The notes below the pieces were generated by a model. That model had not been told where the DNA came from. It did no database searches and saw only the letters and a program-made list of their open reading frames with translations. DNA of 56,437 nucleotides, counting the filler, from Basidiobolus ranarum (Eukaryota): assembly GCA_040143965.1 (NCBI GenBank). It is 3 parts of 3 records of this genome, joined end to end, with 100 filler letters (N's around TTAATTAATTAA, not from the genome) between each part and the next. Parts side by side here need not be neighbours in the genome. Positions count along the whole stretch, not along the records: positions 1 to 18,779 come from JASJQH010007142.1; positions 18,880 to 37,634 come from JASJQH010007143.1; 1 more part is not named here. The stretch is one strand, 5' to 3'. A program made the position numbers and the translations under genes. Shown one piece after another: positions 14,101-26,601 of this stretch (the stretch's first letter is position 1; each line of letters opens with the position of its first letter).

Positions 14101-15163
14101 CAGGATTAGACTCACTAAAAGATGTGGTACGATTTCGAAGAATTTGATCAAGATTTCTAAGAACATTCTCGCCGGGGTTAACTCTACCAGCATCTCCGTG
14201 AGTATATCCTCTAGGCCTGTTTATTCGCGGAGACGCAATGGAAGGAGACGAACTGCCATTGGAAGAGCTGGTTCGAGAGAGAGGAGTACTAACATGATTT
14301 GCAACCGATAGATTGTCCGAATGAGATACAGTTGCAGGCTGGCCAGTATCATTTGATCCCAATCTACGCAAAGGCGGAGGGACTGGCGGCCTCCTCTTGA
14401 TAGTGGGTATAGGAGGTACGAAAGTTTTAGTGATGCGCGATATATTTTCTGGCAGTTTATTAGTGGATGTTGAAATACTCTCTTCACTGTCTGATTGACT
14501 ATTTTCACTTGAATCGTAAGTCTCCTCATCGCTACCAAGAAAAGGATTTCGTTCAGTAGTTATATCTTCTTCAGATTCTTTGGATACATCCATTCCTGTT
14601 ATACTGATTTTGTGTTGGGTATCTTCCATCGTTTTTTCCGTGACAATACTTGGTCTCTTAGGTCCAGATTGTAAATGTTGAACTGAAGTACGTGGATTTG
14701 GAGCAATCTACAAGGGGATAAATTAGTTTAGTATAATCGGGATAAAATAACTACATAATAGATATTGAATCACTTTATTATTATTAGCTGCTTGCTGAAA
14801 CCTAGCCTTAATTTCACTGTAGGCGAGTGGTGTTTCATCTACTTCAGAATTCTCTTGAATTGACCCTCTCCTTGGGCTAGTAACCTCTACCTTGTTTGTA
14901 GCAATCGAACTTATTTGGGGTCTCACCGGGGAAGAGTTTGAACGCGATCTACTTTCTGAAATATGCAGAAAATGGTTGGAATTAGGTGTCATTTTTGCTT
15001 CGAAAGCTTGAGCCAAGGAACTAACTCCACCAGGCTTAGGTGCTGTAGCGGATAGGGGTGACTCTTCCGCTGAGGTGCTATCCTGAGTATTAACAGTAAG
15101 AGAGGATACTCTAGGTCTATGCATTCTAGTGTTGGGTTTTGGTGGTGGCGGACGTGAATTCAT
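11117..15163 (-). CDS. RhoGEF (DH)-BAR-SH3 protein, Tuba/DNMBP/Gef1-like, multi-exon
   Basis: Pro/Ser-rich N-terminus. DH motifs VIQELVDTEISYLKDL and SLLIKPVQRVLKYPLLL. BAR-like KREKKLLDYDR and QDELPKF. C-terminal SH3 AIYPFQAEHPDEMNL...WYGE...GWFPASH. Internal exon boundaries are not all resolved. Confidence 0.85.
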
Positions 15164-16227
15164 TATATCTTCAGTTGAAACAAGACTGGTATATAAAGCT
15201 CATGTAGGGTACATTAAATGATTTTATAAGTTGGACTAGCATATGCCATGTGGAATATAATGATTAAAATTAGATGTCTAATTCCTATTTAAATTACGAC
15301 GTTGATTGATTTTCAATGAGTATCCACTAATAAACACATAATTGAATCTACAAACACCATAATTTCTAATTATCTTACAGAGTGAAATGAAAACCCTTAC
15401 ATACGTGCTACCAGAAGATATTTGTTTTGAGTAAAGAAAAGGACTGTTTGACGTTCTTATACAGGCTCATAGACGCAAAGGTAAGGTAAACTAGATAAAA
15501 GGTTTCAATCTCACCGTATAAAGTGGTAGCTAATACAAGCTTTCTACTAATCAATGACGTCGCGCTATTTTTGAGGTACATTCCATCATTTGATCCATCT
15601 AGTGATATTCTTCAGGGTAATATCCATGAGAACTAGGATTATCAGTCATGAACACTACTTATCATGAAGTAAATCATTCGAGAAGCTCTGATATGTACTT
15701 CAGGTGTTAATAATGCGAATTCGCACCCTTTGAAAAGCTCTTGTACAATCCTTTAGCTAGAGAATTGAGTGTAAAGATAATATATTACAGGCTATTTGGG
15801 TATGGTGTGTATCTCACAAGTAGCATTCGAAATATACGACTCTTTCGAAACCCCCCCCCCGTCAGAAGCAACGGCATAATCAATCGTAATTGGAAGACTG
15901 CCTCAAGGTTCACAGATCAAGTGTTCAATGCATCACCATAGGAAAGAATCCTTACAATGAATATTCGTACATGGGATTTAATGAAAGTGTTATTGTGAAT
16001 ATATTACATGTTGAAAAGATTTTCTGTATTTAGAAACATAAAAAACAAATTACTACTTGGAGATGAAAAGTACTAATTAACCTAAGCAATGAAGAGATCA
16101 TTACCCTACGTGAAAGAAAGACTTCAAGGAACAAAACGAGAATTGATCTTAAGCTGGGCAGAGTTAAGCCAGTACTTTGATGAACTGTTGATAAGAGGTT
16201 AACAAGAGACTATACTGACTGACTAGA

Positions 16228-17227
16228 TTATTCGATTTCCGTCGCAAATTCCAAAAGCTCTGCATCACTAGTAGTATCAGTCCCAGAGTCTAACAGAAAT
16301 CGCCATGGTCTCTGGTGTGTCTTGGGCTTGTAAGAACGTACCACTAAGAGTAAACTCTCCTGTGTTGCCCAAAAGACAGCATCCAATTTAACCCAAGTAA
16401 GCGTTGGAGAGAAGAAATGAAGAACTGTCATGGATACTGTGGCGTCGTCTTGAACTTGCTTCATTCTATCAACAAGAGTAGGAAGCTCATCGGGATGTAA
16501 ATATGCAGTCAATTGATTGCTTGTAAGCTCACCACTTTGTACACCTAACAAAAATTCGGCTGAAGGTGAGGCATACATGATTACCGGATGATCTTTGCTC
16601 CGCTCAAGAACAAAACATACTCGTGGCTCAGGGTTGATGGGTATATCTACATTTCTCATCAGTCGTTGTTGCAGTTCATTTAGAAGAATTTCATGACTTT
16701 GTCTCCAATTCTGTTCGTTCACATATATAGAAATCGTTCCATTAGCATATGAACTAACAATGAATTACTAGTTACATACTTTAACCGACACGTCACCGCG
16801 TAAACTGAACTCAAACCACTCGTCAACCTTTTTGTGTGGCTCTTCAGAATGGATTTTAAGCATTTGTGTTTGAATAATGATTAACGATAGAAGAAAACTT
16901 ACTGAATTGATCTACAGGTACGATTCTGATAACCCTTTTTGTATAACAACAACAACCCATAGCTTCCACATTGACCCAAGTTCCGTTCTTGTGTTTTATA
17001 TGAAAGGTAGAGCCAGAAAGAAAAATATCTCTAACCAACGTGTAAACGGAAAATAGACGCATGGACACGGCTTGATCTGGGTGGCAGTAATCTATAAATT
17101 TTTGACCAACCAGTTCATCTGGGCGATACCCAAGTAACTCGGTAATACCATTCGAAATATAGAGAAAACGAGGCTCCATATTTTGCTCAATAAAAGCAAA
17201 AAAGTCCGGCACTGGTGTTGTGGCCAT
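16228..17227 (-). CDS. Tandem PAS-domain protein with no evident output domain (3 exons)
   Basis: PAS1: FLYISNGITELLGYRPDELVGQKFIDYCHPD...KHKNGTWVNVE. PAS2: IMYASPSAEFLLG...YLHPDE. A short middle exon (about 16780-16844) joins them in frame. Confidence 0.85.
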
Positions 17228-18063
17228 TATGTAAAGGATATAGCTTGTTCTTCTCCTTGTAGGAGTAGGTATAAGAAGGAATTGAGTTGCGAAATGTTAA
17301 GGAAAAAAAGGTACTTCTGTATCAAAAATCAGGACACAACTTGAGCTTTAAAGTAATGTCTATATTTGAAAGATATTATCAAGAACAAGAGAACTTCATA
17401 TATCTTTTGAATGAAAACCAAAGAAACTATAATGCTAGTTGAGTTTATGGACAAAAGGCATAGAGTCGAGTTAGCCAATATAATATCAATGAGAGTACAC
17501 TATACCAATTCCCTATATCGCTACTTAAACAATATCAGTCTAAGGGCTAATAAAAGAGGAGCTAAACCAAAAAATGGGTTTTGAATCGGTTGTATGTAGG
17601 TTGAGGTATCAATAAAGGATCGCTTTCAAAGAACTTATTGGTCTTGTTTCATTTACATCCCATGACCAACTGAAGTCTGCATAGATCTAGTTTAGTGGAT
17701 CAGATTCTAAAGGATTGTTGTATTGTATTGAGGTGAATTGATTATTAAAATCTACGAAGAGGGAAGCCTCGTTTCTGAGCGTATTATACAATAGTACAGC
17801 TACTCTCTCACCTCAAGGCAATACTTGAAATATATACAGACTCTCACTTATTATCTCGAATTCAATATATTTCAAATATAGAAAGGTATTAGAGATAGTT
17901 TGAACTGTACAATCAATCCAACAAATCCTAACTCGACTAAACTTGAAATATTACTAGGCCATTTCAAACATAGAGAAGTAGGTACAATGTTCAAGAGATA
18001 TCATTTTGGGGTATGTAATTAACATAGGGGTATGTTATTGACATGGTTTGAGATTAGGTATAT

Positions 18064-18423
18064 TTAATCAGAGTCATCGTAGGAATCGTCGTCAGAATCA
18101 TCGTAGTCTGATAGATCTTCTTTTTGAAGCTTTTGAAAACATTTCAGACAACAAGCGTTCTCTTCAGATTTGCGTTGCTTTTTTGAAAACTCTGTAGAGG
18201 GTTTGCTTTTATCACAATGCTTGCAAGTGAGTCGAGAAGTTGCCGGTGCGGTGCATTTCTTACAGGTCGGTTTGTGCTGACGGATGTATGTTGAGCTTCT
18301 ATATAAATTACCTTCTGTGGCTTTTTTGAACTGAGAGCTTGAAAAATCGTGAGGGTACTTCGTTTTCTTGCAAACGAAGCAATAAATCTGGTTATGATTA
18401 GGTTGCGTGCTTTGGGAATTCAT
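18064..18423 (-). CDS. Stc1-domain (LIM-like tandem zinc finger) protein
   Basis: CxxC-K.K...FS.SQ...CxxC...CxxC-K.K...FSKKQR...CxxC followed by an acidic tail. This is the characteristic pattern of the Stc1 domain. Confidence 0.75.
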   Translation of the reverse strand: MNSQSTQPNHNQIYCFVCKKTKYPHDFSSSQFKKATEGNLYRSSTYIRQHKPTCKKCTAPATSRLTCKHCDKSKPSTEFSKKQRKSEENACCLKCFQKLQKEDLSDYDDSDDDSYDDSD

Positions 18424-18779
18424 CTGATACTATTACTCGAGCAAAAACATAGATAGAGTTCTATCACCTCTGACGAAATAAAAATATTCAAAGGTTGGGC
18501 CACTCAATTATTCTCCATGATGTAATTGATCTTTTTGATAATATAAATTCTATCAGGCATCAGGCCATTGATCCATCCTTAGCTCAGCCTCTAGGTGCGC
18601 TCTACAGTTGTTCCAAAGCCTTGGATGTGGGTTTTAAATTCCATGACTACAGTCATTATCATCCCAATCTAACGAGGACAGATCTTTAGTTTGCGACTAA
18701 ACGTTTCAACGCAGGTAATGTGGGGGGGGGTGATGAACTGAAGTGGATTGGATGTTGATCAGACACTAACCGACTTTAA

Positions 18780-18879
18780 NNNNNNNNNNNNNNNNNNNNN
18801 NNNNNNNNNNNNNNNNNNNNNNNTTAATTAATTAANNNNNNNNNNNNNNNNNNNNNNNNNNNNNNNNNNNNNNNNNNNN
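18780..18879. other. Artificial contig linker (N44-TTAATTAATTAA-N44)
   Basis: 100-bp N run with a six-frame-stop palindrome at 18824-18835. Confidence 0.97.
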
Positions 18880-19045
18880 TGCACATTATGTCAGCAGCCT
18901 TCGAGTGTCTTATGTCTATGATTGAATGCAAACAACCAACAATGAATAAAGATTTCCTGATTTTCTTCTATGATCATGTTCCAATCATTCCCAGCACTTG
19001 ACAGTCAGAGAATAGATAAATGTGGTAAAAGCATCAGACTGTGTT
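18880..19045 (+). repeat. Inverted repeat copy A (about 166 bp), reverse complement of 24071-24240
   Basis: tgcacattatgtcagcagccttcgagtgtc...gcatcagactgtgtt matches the reverse complement of 24071-24240 with one 4-bp indel and a few substitutions near the distal end. Confidence 0.95.
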
Positions 19046-20209
19046 AATGAACGTTGCTGTTTATCTAGCTAATCAACTATGCTATATAGATCCAAAAATA
19101 CCAATTGTGTGAAAAAGCTAAGTTTAGAATTTAAAATTGGCACATCACGTTGTGTATCTCATACCCCCTCTATGGGAATATTCGGTACTATTTATAGCCA
19201 ATACGTAAATGGCAGAGAAGCAACTACTTAGCTGACACCATTCCGAATGCTCACAAAGTACGTGAGAACCAAAAAAGGAACTGTTTTTGGTGCCACCTAA
19301 TTGTGTAACTCCATGTATAATTTGGAACGTTGCGAAAATTCCTGTTGCTCTATTTGGTATCAAATGGTATGGGGAGCAGGTTCGATTACTGTGAGGACGA
19401 GTTGGGAAGAGCGTGGGCAAGCCTCATTAATTTGACAAAATTGTGAATCCTTTATTAAATTCAAGTCAATCAGAACTGAGAAGCACTACGCATCTCTAGA
19501 GGCTCTACACATTGACGAACACCAATATCCGCTGCTTCCATGAGTCATATGTGTGCAATAGGTCTTCATGACGAAGTGATATTACTTGGGTTGGAAATGC
19601 TACCTGCACTCTCATGAATCATTCGAAATTCTAATCTCGACAAACAATTCCCACTTATTACTGGTTGTGGTGTAGTGCAATCTCTACGGCTCAACCAGAT
19701 TGGGACGAATGTAACCATATATGCTTGCAGTTGGAAATGAGAAAGTGCAATCCGCGATTATGACATAATATGGTTGAAAAAACATCGAATTAGTACAAAA
19801 ACCAGTGCTTTTATTTACATTTCGTTTGTTTACATGAGAACGGAGATCAGATCAGTCTTGAGATCATCAGTGAACCCAAATGCCACAAATGAAGCAATAT
19901 TGTAGATTGATGATGTGCGCCATGTAGCTATGTGCAAAGATATTTGGTGAGAATGCTGGTGAAGATTGCTTTGGGATGCTATACAACAGTTAAAAGTTTC
20001 GAATATCGACATGGAATCTAGATCGACGATGACTCCGATAGTTATTATACATTGAGTTATACGTATGCGATGTAAAATATTGTGGTATGGGTCGAGAGCT
20101 ACTCAATAGGTACCTACGGGTACAATGTTAATGTAGGCGGGCCTGATGATATTCTGCCCAAGTGGTGATAGTTGTTGACCTACTCCCATGATTGCCCCGC
20201 AGCTCCCGG

Positions 20210-21285
20210 TTAGAAGGCCGCAGTGGTTCGTCGGACACTGGTGAGATAATCTGGGGGTTTGGCCAGTGCGGCTTCATATGGTGGCAATACTTCATCACTT
20301 TCTTTCAATTTTTCGGAGAATATATGGACGGGAACATGCACTGTCAAAAATCGCTTTTTTCTCGACAAATCGATCAGGCGTATTTGGACTTCAATGAAAT
20401 GCCATAAATGAATATATCTGGATTTACTATCCGCTCTTACTGAAGTTCCGTTCTTCGGAATTTTAAGGGTAAGCGCTTGTTCCCACCAGCCAGACAGTTT
20501 CGGTCTCCATACGCACGATACCTCATCTATCTTTTCTTCGTGCGTGTCCGACCACTCTTCAAAGAAAGTACGATATCTTGTAGCCTCCATTAGTCGAAAA
20601 TAAACTTTGAATACTTTGATACCACGTGACATGGGGCGAATTCCTAACATGACGGGGATATCTTGCCCAGTAATAAAGCCAGAACAAGGTATTACAACAT
20701 AGAATTTCATTTGTCCTTGGACATCCCCAGTACGAATCAGCGAAGGTTCCAAGTCCACTGACATAGGGCCGAGTGATCGTTGAACACTAACATTCTGCTC
20801 ACTTTCAATACTAGTACGAAGCCCTGTCTTCCGAACGATGGCTTTAAATTGGTAGCCAACATAACCCTTTTGTGTGCTTACTGACTCAGGGATATTTCCG
20901 TTCAGTGGCATTTCGAAATGGTACTCATACCTTCCCTTTTTAAATAGACATGGCATATCGGAGGATTCAATGAAGTCCCATTTCTTTTCGATTATCGTAT
21001 TCTTATATGGCTTTGTTTCTAAAAAAGTCCATAAGCAAAATTAGAGTCCATTTACAAAAGGAAGAAAACTCTCTCTCCTTCATTTCAAAGCAGAATTACT
21101 AAAGACTTACCGTGAATAAGAGCATGTCCCAAGAAGGTTAATTCGATGGACTTTATCTTGGTAGGTTGACAAAGTTGTAGTAGTAAGTACCCTCGCACTA
21201 CATAGCCTGCTGATTCTTGACTGCTCCCACGAAGAATGATATGGTCGTTCTCCAAATTGATGGAGAGAGAATTCCTGTTAAACAT
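20210..21285 (-). CDS. Alpha-arrestin (ART/Rsp5 adaptor)
   Basis: Exon 1 21111-21285, intron 21019-21110. Arrestin_N: IILRG...GYLLLQL..PTKIKSIELTFLG, GRYEYHFEMPL.GNIPES, GYVGYQFKAIV. C-terminal PPxY motifs LPPYE and PPDY. Confidence 0.9.
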
Positions 21286-24070
21286 TAGTATTCTTAGGTT
21301 TCAAACTAGCTTTGTGTGGGAGTAATGAATTTGGGATAGGGTAATAGTTGATATGGTTGTGTTTGGTTTAAGCACAGCTAACGATGCTTTAAAGAAATGT
21401 TGATAGACAAGGCTCGAAGGCTAACAGAGGGGAGAAGAAAGAAAAATCAATGAAAGGTATTAGAGAAAACGAAGGCGTATTCAAGATTCGACTGTTTCGA
21501 GACAGGTGACCACTTGAAAATAGATGAGGAAATCGAGACTTTAAAAGTATCGGCGGACCAGGACGAACAACAGTCCGATTATCTCACAGAAGGGAGCCGG
21601 TCGATGGTATTGGGTAGCCTGACATAATATATCATGCAGATTTCTCACCCACCCCTCCTAACCAGATATGGAATCTAGGATTGAGGGATGATCCTACGGC
21701 ATATCACGATGATGTCAGATGGATTACCAAATCAACGAGTGTCGAATGATAGCTAATTTGTGAGTGAGGCGATGGGCCGTGAATTGCGATATTGATCAAG
21801 GGTTTTCCGGCCTCATGAGCCATTCATGTGGGTTGAAACTTGACGTAGCCATTGGTATAGGAACTCTGAAAGACGTTGCGTGCAAACTTTTCTACGAATA
21901 GAATTGCTTGTTTCAAGCGACATTCGTCAATTCCATTACACCCGCAATGCAATTATATGGTCATGGATGATGAATAGGGCTTCCTTACAGATACAGCTTG
22001 TGCCCAAAAGGAGCTCTCGGTAGAGGGTGATTCACCCTTGACTTCATGTTGCCTTGAACGGATGATACTCCCTACGCTACAGACGGAATGCCCAGCTCCG
22101 AATCATGCAACATTGCCTACGACTACCATCATTAGCCATGATACAGTGGCGAAGGTGACCCTGCTCCGATCAGTCATTCATCGGATTAGCAGGTGATCTC
22201 CCCGTCAATCTGAGGTGCTCTCCATGTTCAACAAATGGGGCCCTTTTGCTGCGATCAAGCGGCATCCGATGTTGGTGATTCAGTCTATCCACAGTTTGCA
22301 AGAGCTACCCTGAAAACTGAAGGGACATTTCCATTCCGAGATACGTCAAGATGGTTAGGTATGATGATCCATCTCAGAGTGACAGCACTAATCACTGTTG
22401 TGGGCTGTTTTACCGGCGGTAAGCGCAGTTGCCAACTCGCGTAGTTGAAAAAAACCCGCATCTATGTGTGATCTTAGGATTGGCTATCATGCTGTGCTGC
22501 CTTGATATGGGTCAGTTAATTTCCACAGGTTCGAACATCCAAAACCTTATTGCCATTTTCCAATCTATGCATAGCTTTGGATCAAGAATAATAAAACGAC
22601 TCATCTCCCTGTAACGCCGCACACAGGCGTCGTGGAGCTAAGACCTTCTAGAATACAGACTCGTTTTGGGAGCAACCCAAAGGAGCTACATACACATGAA
22701 ACTGCCGAAACGCCTAACTTGAAGCTGTCGCCTTGGCCAATTTAAAGGCAGTATTTCAGGCATCCTTGATCCTTACTCAATAGTAGCAGAGGCCTTCCTC
22801 AATACATTGTTTAAATCTGGGGCTTCGAGGTCTTGGTTCTAGATGGATTTCATAGCACGGATTGGGTTTGGATAATGGCCATCTAAGCAAGGTACTTCCA
22901 GCCCTATCCAAACATATGGATCCAAAGGAGAATATGCTGATCCGAAGGGTTGTTTCGTATGGTAGAAACCTGTCTGGTGTAACAATGACTCTGAAGCCGG
23001 TGTTAATTTGTTCTGTAAGCCCATGGAGGGGGATGCCGAGATACTCATTTTGGATGTATTTGTTATATCGAACAAGCTAAGCCAATGGTACTGCAGATGT
23101 TCTCGCCGCTCCTTCAGTTCTAAGCTTTTGTATCTGGCTTTGACAAGTACTTGACTCTGATGATGTTCCAAATAGCAAGCTGGATCAAATGGAGCTTTGG
23201 ATTTGCCAAATCAACTGAATATAGGCCAGCCCCGGTTGCGTGGAAGATCAGTTAATCATTCATCCAGCGGCAGTCGAGTCTAAGTGATTGGTTTAAATTG
23301 GGACATTTGTCTTATCAAATATCAGCTGACTTCCTTCACATTGCAAAGTGGAAAAATGATCTTCGTCTAGTATATTGTCCGTAGGTGTTCCTCTTTAGGA
23401 TAGGATTCACGATATAACCGCCTAGCTAGAGCAAAATGTTCCTTACTATAGGTGTTACCTTGATGCATGCAGACAAATATCGGAATTACTCATCCAAAAG
23501 TGCGATTGGTATTTTCGTACTCTCGAAACACCGCATCACGTGCTTGCGTTGTGTATCATACATTGTCATATAAACCGCATAATTGATAGTTCCGTTGACT
23601 GGTACGAAACAGTGGCGTATAGTGGCAAATATCCGATTAAAAATATCCTATTCGCGAAAATATGCCATTTCATCCAGGGAATCAACGCCAGGTTGACATG
23701 CTTAATTTACCTGCGAATTATCTTCATACTTACCTGATGACACTGATCAATCAACTAGACATATTGATACTTCATTATCAGCCCCACTGTATTTCCCAGT
23801 CTAAATATGTCAGGCAGCCAATCTCCACGGTCAATGAATGAGAATGTAGCCAAAGTTTATGAATAAGGTATGGCTACGTTAGAATTAAAAACAGAAATAG
23901 CAGCCAGTAATACTATGTCGGTGATAAACTACGATTCGTTACACGGATACTACTTGAAGATCCAGCTTTGAATTCAGTGTACCTATTATGTAATGTCCAT
24001 CAAAGCTGCATCATCAGAAATCGTACTGTAACGAAGGATATGCGTCATACGAGCGGTAGCTGGTGAATCC

Positions 24071-24240
24071 AACACAGTCTGATGCTTCCAACACATCTAT
24101 CTATTCTCTGACTGTCAAGTGCTGGGAATGATTGGAACATGATCATAGTTAGAAGAAAATCAGGAAATCTTTATTCATTGTTGGTTGTTTGCATTCAATC
24201 ATAGACATAAGACACTCGAAGGCTGCTGACATAATGTGCA
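24071..24240 (-). repeat. Inverted repeat copy B; 3' UTR/flank of the 24313-24693 gene
   Basis: Reverse complement of 18880-19045. Starts about 70 bp after the stop codon of the minus-strand gene and contains a minus-strand AATAAA. Confidence 0.93.
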
Positions 24241-24312
24241 CAGCCTTACTTACACTTAGTAGCTACACTCTGGATGAGTGAGCAGAGAAAGGCCTACAGC
24301 ACCAAGGGCGCT

Positions 24313-24693
24313 CTACATAGGAATGGGATAGGATGATCTTCCTTTATACTCGTGTTGCTTGAATCCAGTTTGCTCACCCTCCAGCTCCACACTTGGGCCA
24401 TCCTGATACTTGACTCCAAGGTTCTTTTTCTTGGCAGCTTGGGCAGTGTTCAGGTTATTGTGGTTTTTGGTGATGGTGACGAATCGCTGCTTGAGTAGGG
24501 GGACTAGCTTAGGCTTGGAGGGGGCTCCTGAGGTGACCTGAGTCAAGCAATAGCCATGATAGCGAGCACATCTGGCCCAAACATATCTTGGTCTAGCTAA
24601 CAGATATGCACGGTTGGGATAGTAGCTCAATGGAATTGAGCACACCAGCTGGATGAGCATCATCAAAGCGACGGCGAAGATAGAGAGGTGCAT
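24313..24693 (-). CDS. Small secreted cationic protein of unknown function (126 aa)
   Basis: ATG start, clear signal peptide MHLSIFAVALMMLIQLVCS, Arg/Lys-rich mature region with a C-x6-C loop. Upstream CT-rich tract and TATAAAA (about 24879-24886, minus strand); downstream AATAAA. Confidence 0.7.
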   Translation of the reverse strand: MHLSIFAVALMMLIQLVCSIPLSYYPNRAYLLARPRYVWARCARYHGYCLTQVTSGAPSKPKLVPLLKQRFVTITKNHNNLNTAQAAKKKNLGVKYQDGPSVELEGEQTGFKQHEYKGRSSYPIPM

Positions 24694-26601
24694 TCTTTCT
24701 AAGGGTGAAAGTAAGCGTAAACGGATGAGATGGGGGGACTAAGAGAGGGTTCCTGGATGCAGCGGAAAAGATAGCTGTGGTGTTCAAGCTGTAGAGTGAA
24801 GCAAGGCTTTGCTGAAGAGGTGAGGTGAGGAGAGGAGAGGAAGGCTCAGATACTGTGAAAACTCTATCTGGTGGGCGGTTTTATATGGCACCACTAGCAC
24901 GCTCACCATCGTAGTTGTAGTATCCATGTTGGTGTTCATGCTCACAAATGAAGTGAGCAACAGTATAGAAGCTATGGATGCTGCATCCAGTCACCATAAT
25001 AAACTTTCTCCTCTTGAGTTTGATGAATAGCTTTGCCTAATACAGTCTGTACGCTAGGGTTTTAAGGAGTTTCTTTTGTAGTGCCTCAATATATACCATG
25101 GATGTTCAAACTGGTAAAAGTAGAACAAGTTAGAATTTGTAGTATTCAAGTTTAAAAGATGAATTAAGTTCCCTACCCGAAACTCGATTCGTTTTGTCTT
25201 AAAGAAACCATTTAAGAATCTTACTATCCATGATCACGGCTGCTTTATCTAGACGGTTGTTGCATATTATCTCAAACAAGGCTTATTACAACTTTGATAA
25301 ATGTATATACATATCTAGTGGGTTCAGTCGCAAGTATAATTTGCGCCATGGTCACCATAATTGATGGTTGCTGTAACAGCTGCCACTATTCCATTTTAGT
25401 GGACAATGTTGACTGGAGTGCAAGTAGTAAAATACTGAGTATAACCCGGTAGTAACCATGTCTGCAGCGCTAATAATTTTTGCCCGATGTCTAGACTGAT
25501 CAAAAGAAGTTGAGCTTCTGTTTTGGATCAGATTTAATGTAGAGGATTGAATTAGTACCTTGGCTGTATCCTACTTGGTATCTTATTCAGGCATTCACAA
25601 TTTCATAGCGCTTTGGAGCATAAGTGATACCTAGACCGTTGATTACGGTAAGCCAATGACCACATGAATGAATTTGTGGGCATCTATCTGGATCAATTCC
25701 AATAGCAATCTTTGAGTGAACTGAATGCAATCCATTCAGAATATATATATCACAACAGCAGGCATCATGCGCTTTACCCAGTCTAAATTGCATTTTGCGA
25801 TCAATCTTAATCAAGCATTCATGCCAAATAGCCAGCCTTTCTGACAAGCCACCCATCGACCATTAAGGTTGGCTCGAGAACATGGATGTCCCTATTTGTC
25901 GTATCTCTCTGAAATCTGGATCTCACCATGTCCCATCTAGGAGTCTTCGATTGAACAAAACATCTTGATTTGCGCAGTGCTCGTCCAATGCAAAGGTCAG
26001 CCTGGTGACGTAAGATTAGGTTGTCAGTTGCTTGCCACATCCAGATGACTAGGCAGATAGTTGAGCTGAACTAGCGATGAATATTATGAGCGTTTGAATG
26101 CAATGCATCATGGTTGGGTGGGTATTGATGATGTGGTGTAGAGTCAAACCTGTTGCTCGGGCAATGGAGCTACGTAAAGCTGACCGGCCTTGCTGGCGGG
26201 CTCTTCTCTAGGCCATAGCTAAATGATTTCTCACTGTATGCTTGATTTGTGATTTACTTGTTTGACAAGAGGCTGCGAACCTAGGAACACAGATTGGATC
26301 CAGCGATCAATAGATTGTAGCTGGCCTCTTGACCAATGGGTTGGTTAATCTCTTACCTTGCTACACCGTAACTCCCCCAATGGGTGTTTCTGGTGCACAG
26401 TTTGTAGAGAAATTTATAATTCGACACTCGGATACCTCATCTATCTCCATGACTGTCCATGCTAATCTGAAATATCTAACCCAGATTTCGTATGGTATCG
26501 AAAAACACTCCGATTTTCACTCCCCCATCAATTCTTATTTATACATGGAGCAGTTGCAAGTTTGCAGTTACTTTTCAGTCAATATATTATTTTGAATAGT
26601 T

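Noticed and set aside
18824-18835. TTAATTAATTAA palindrome as a biological site (also 37679-37690)
   Set aside because: Centred in N runs at both gaps; it is a synthetic linker.
22235-23737. Short ORFs in the long region upstream of the arrestin
   Set aside because: No recognisable motifs or consistent exon chain; several start at non-ATG codons.
18880-24240. Autonomous DNA transposon defined by the inverted repeats
   Set aside because: No transposase inside, the outer end is cut by the contig edge so no TSD can be checked, and one copy is a gene's 3' flank. Kept only as an alternative explanation.
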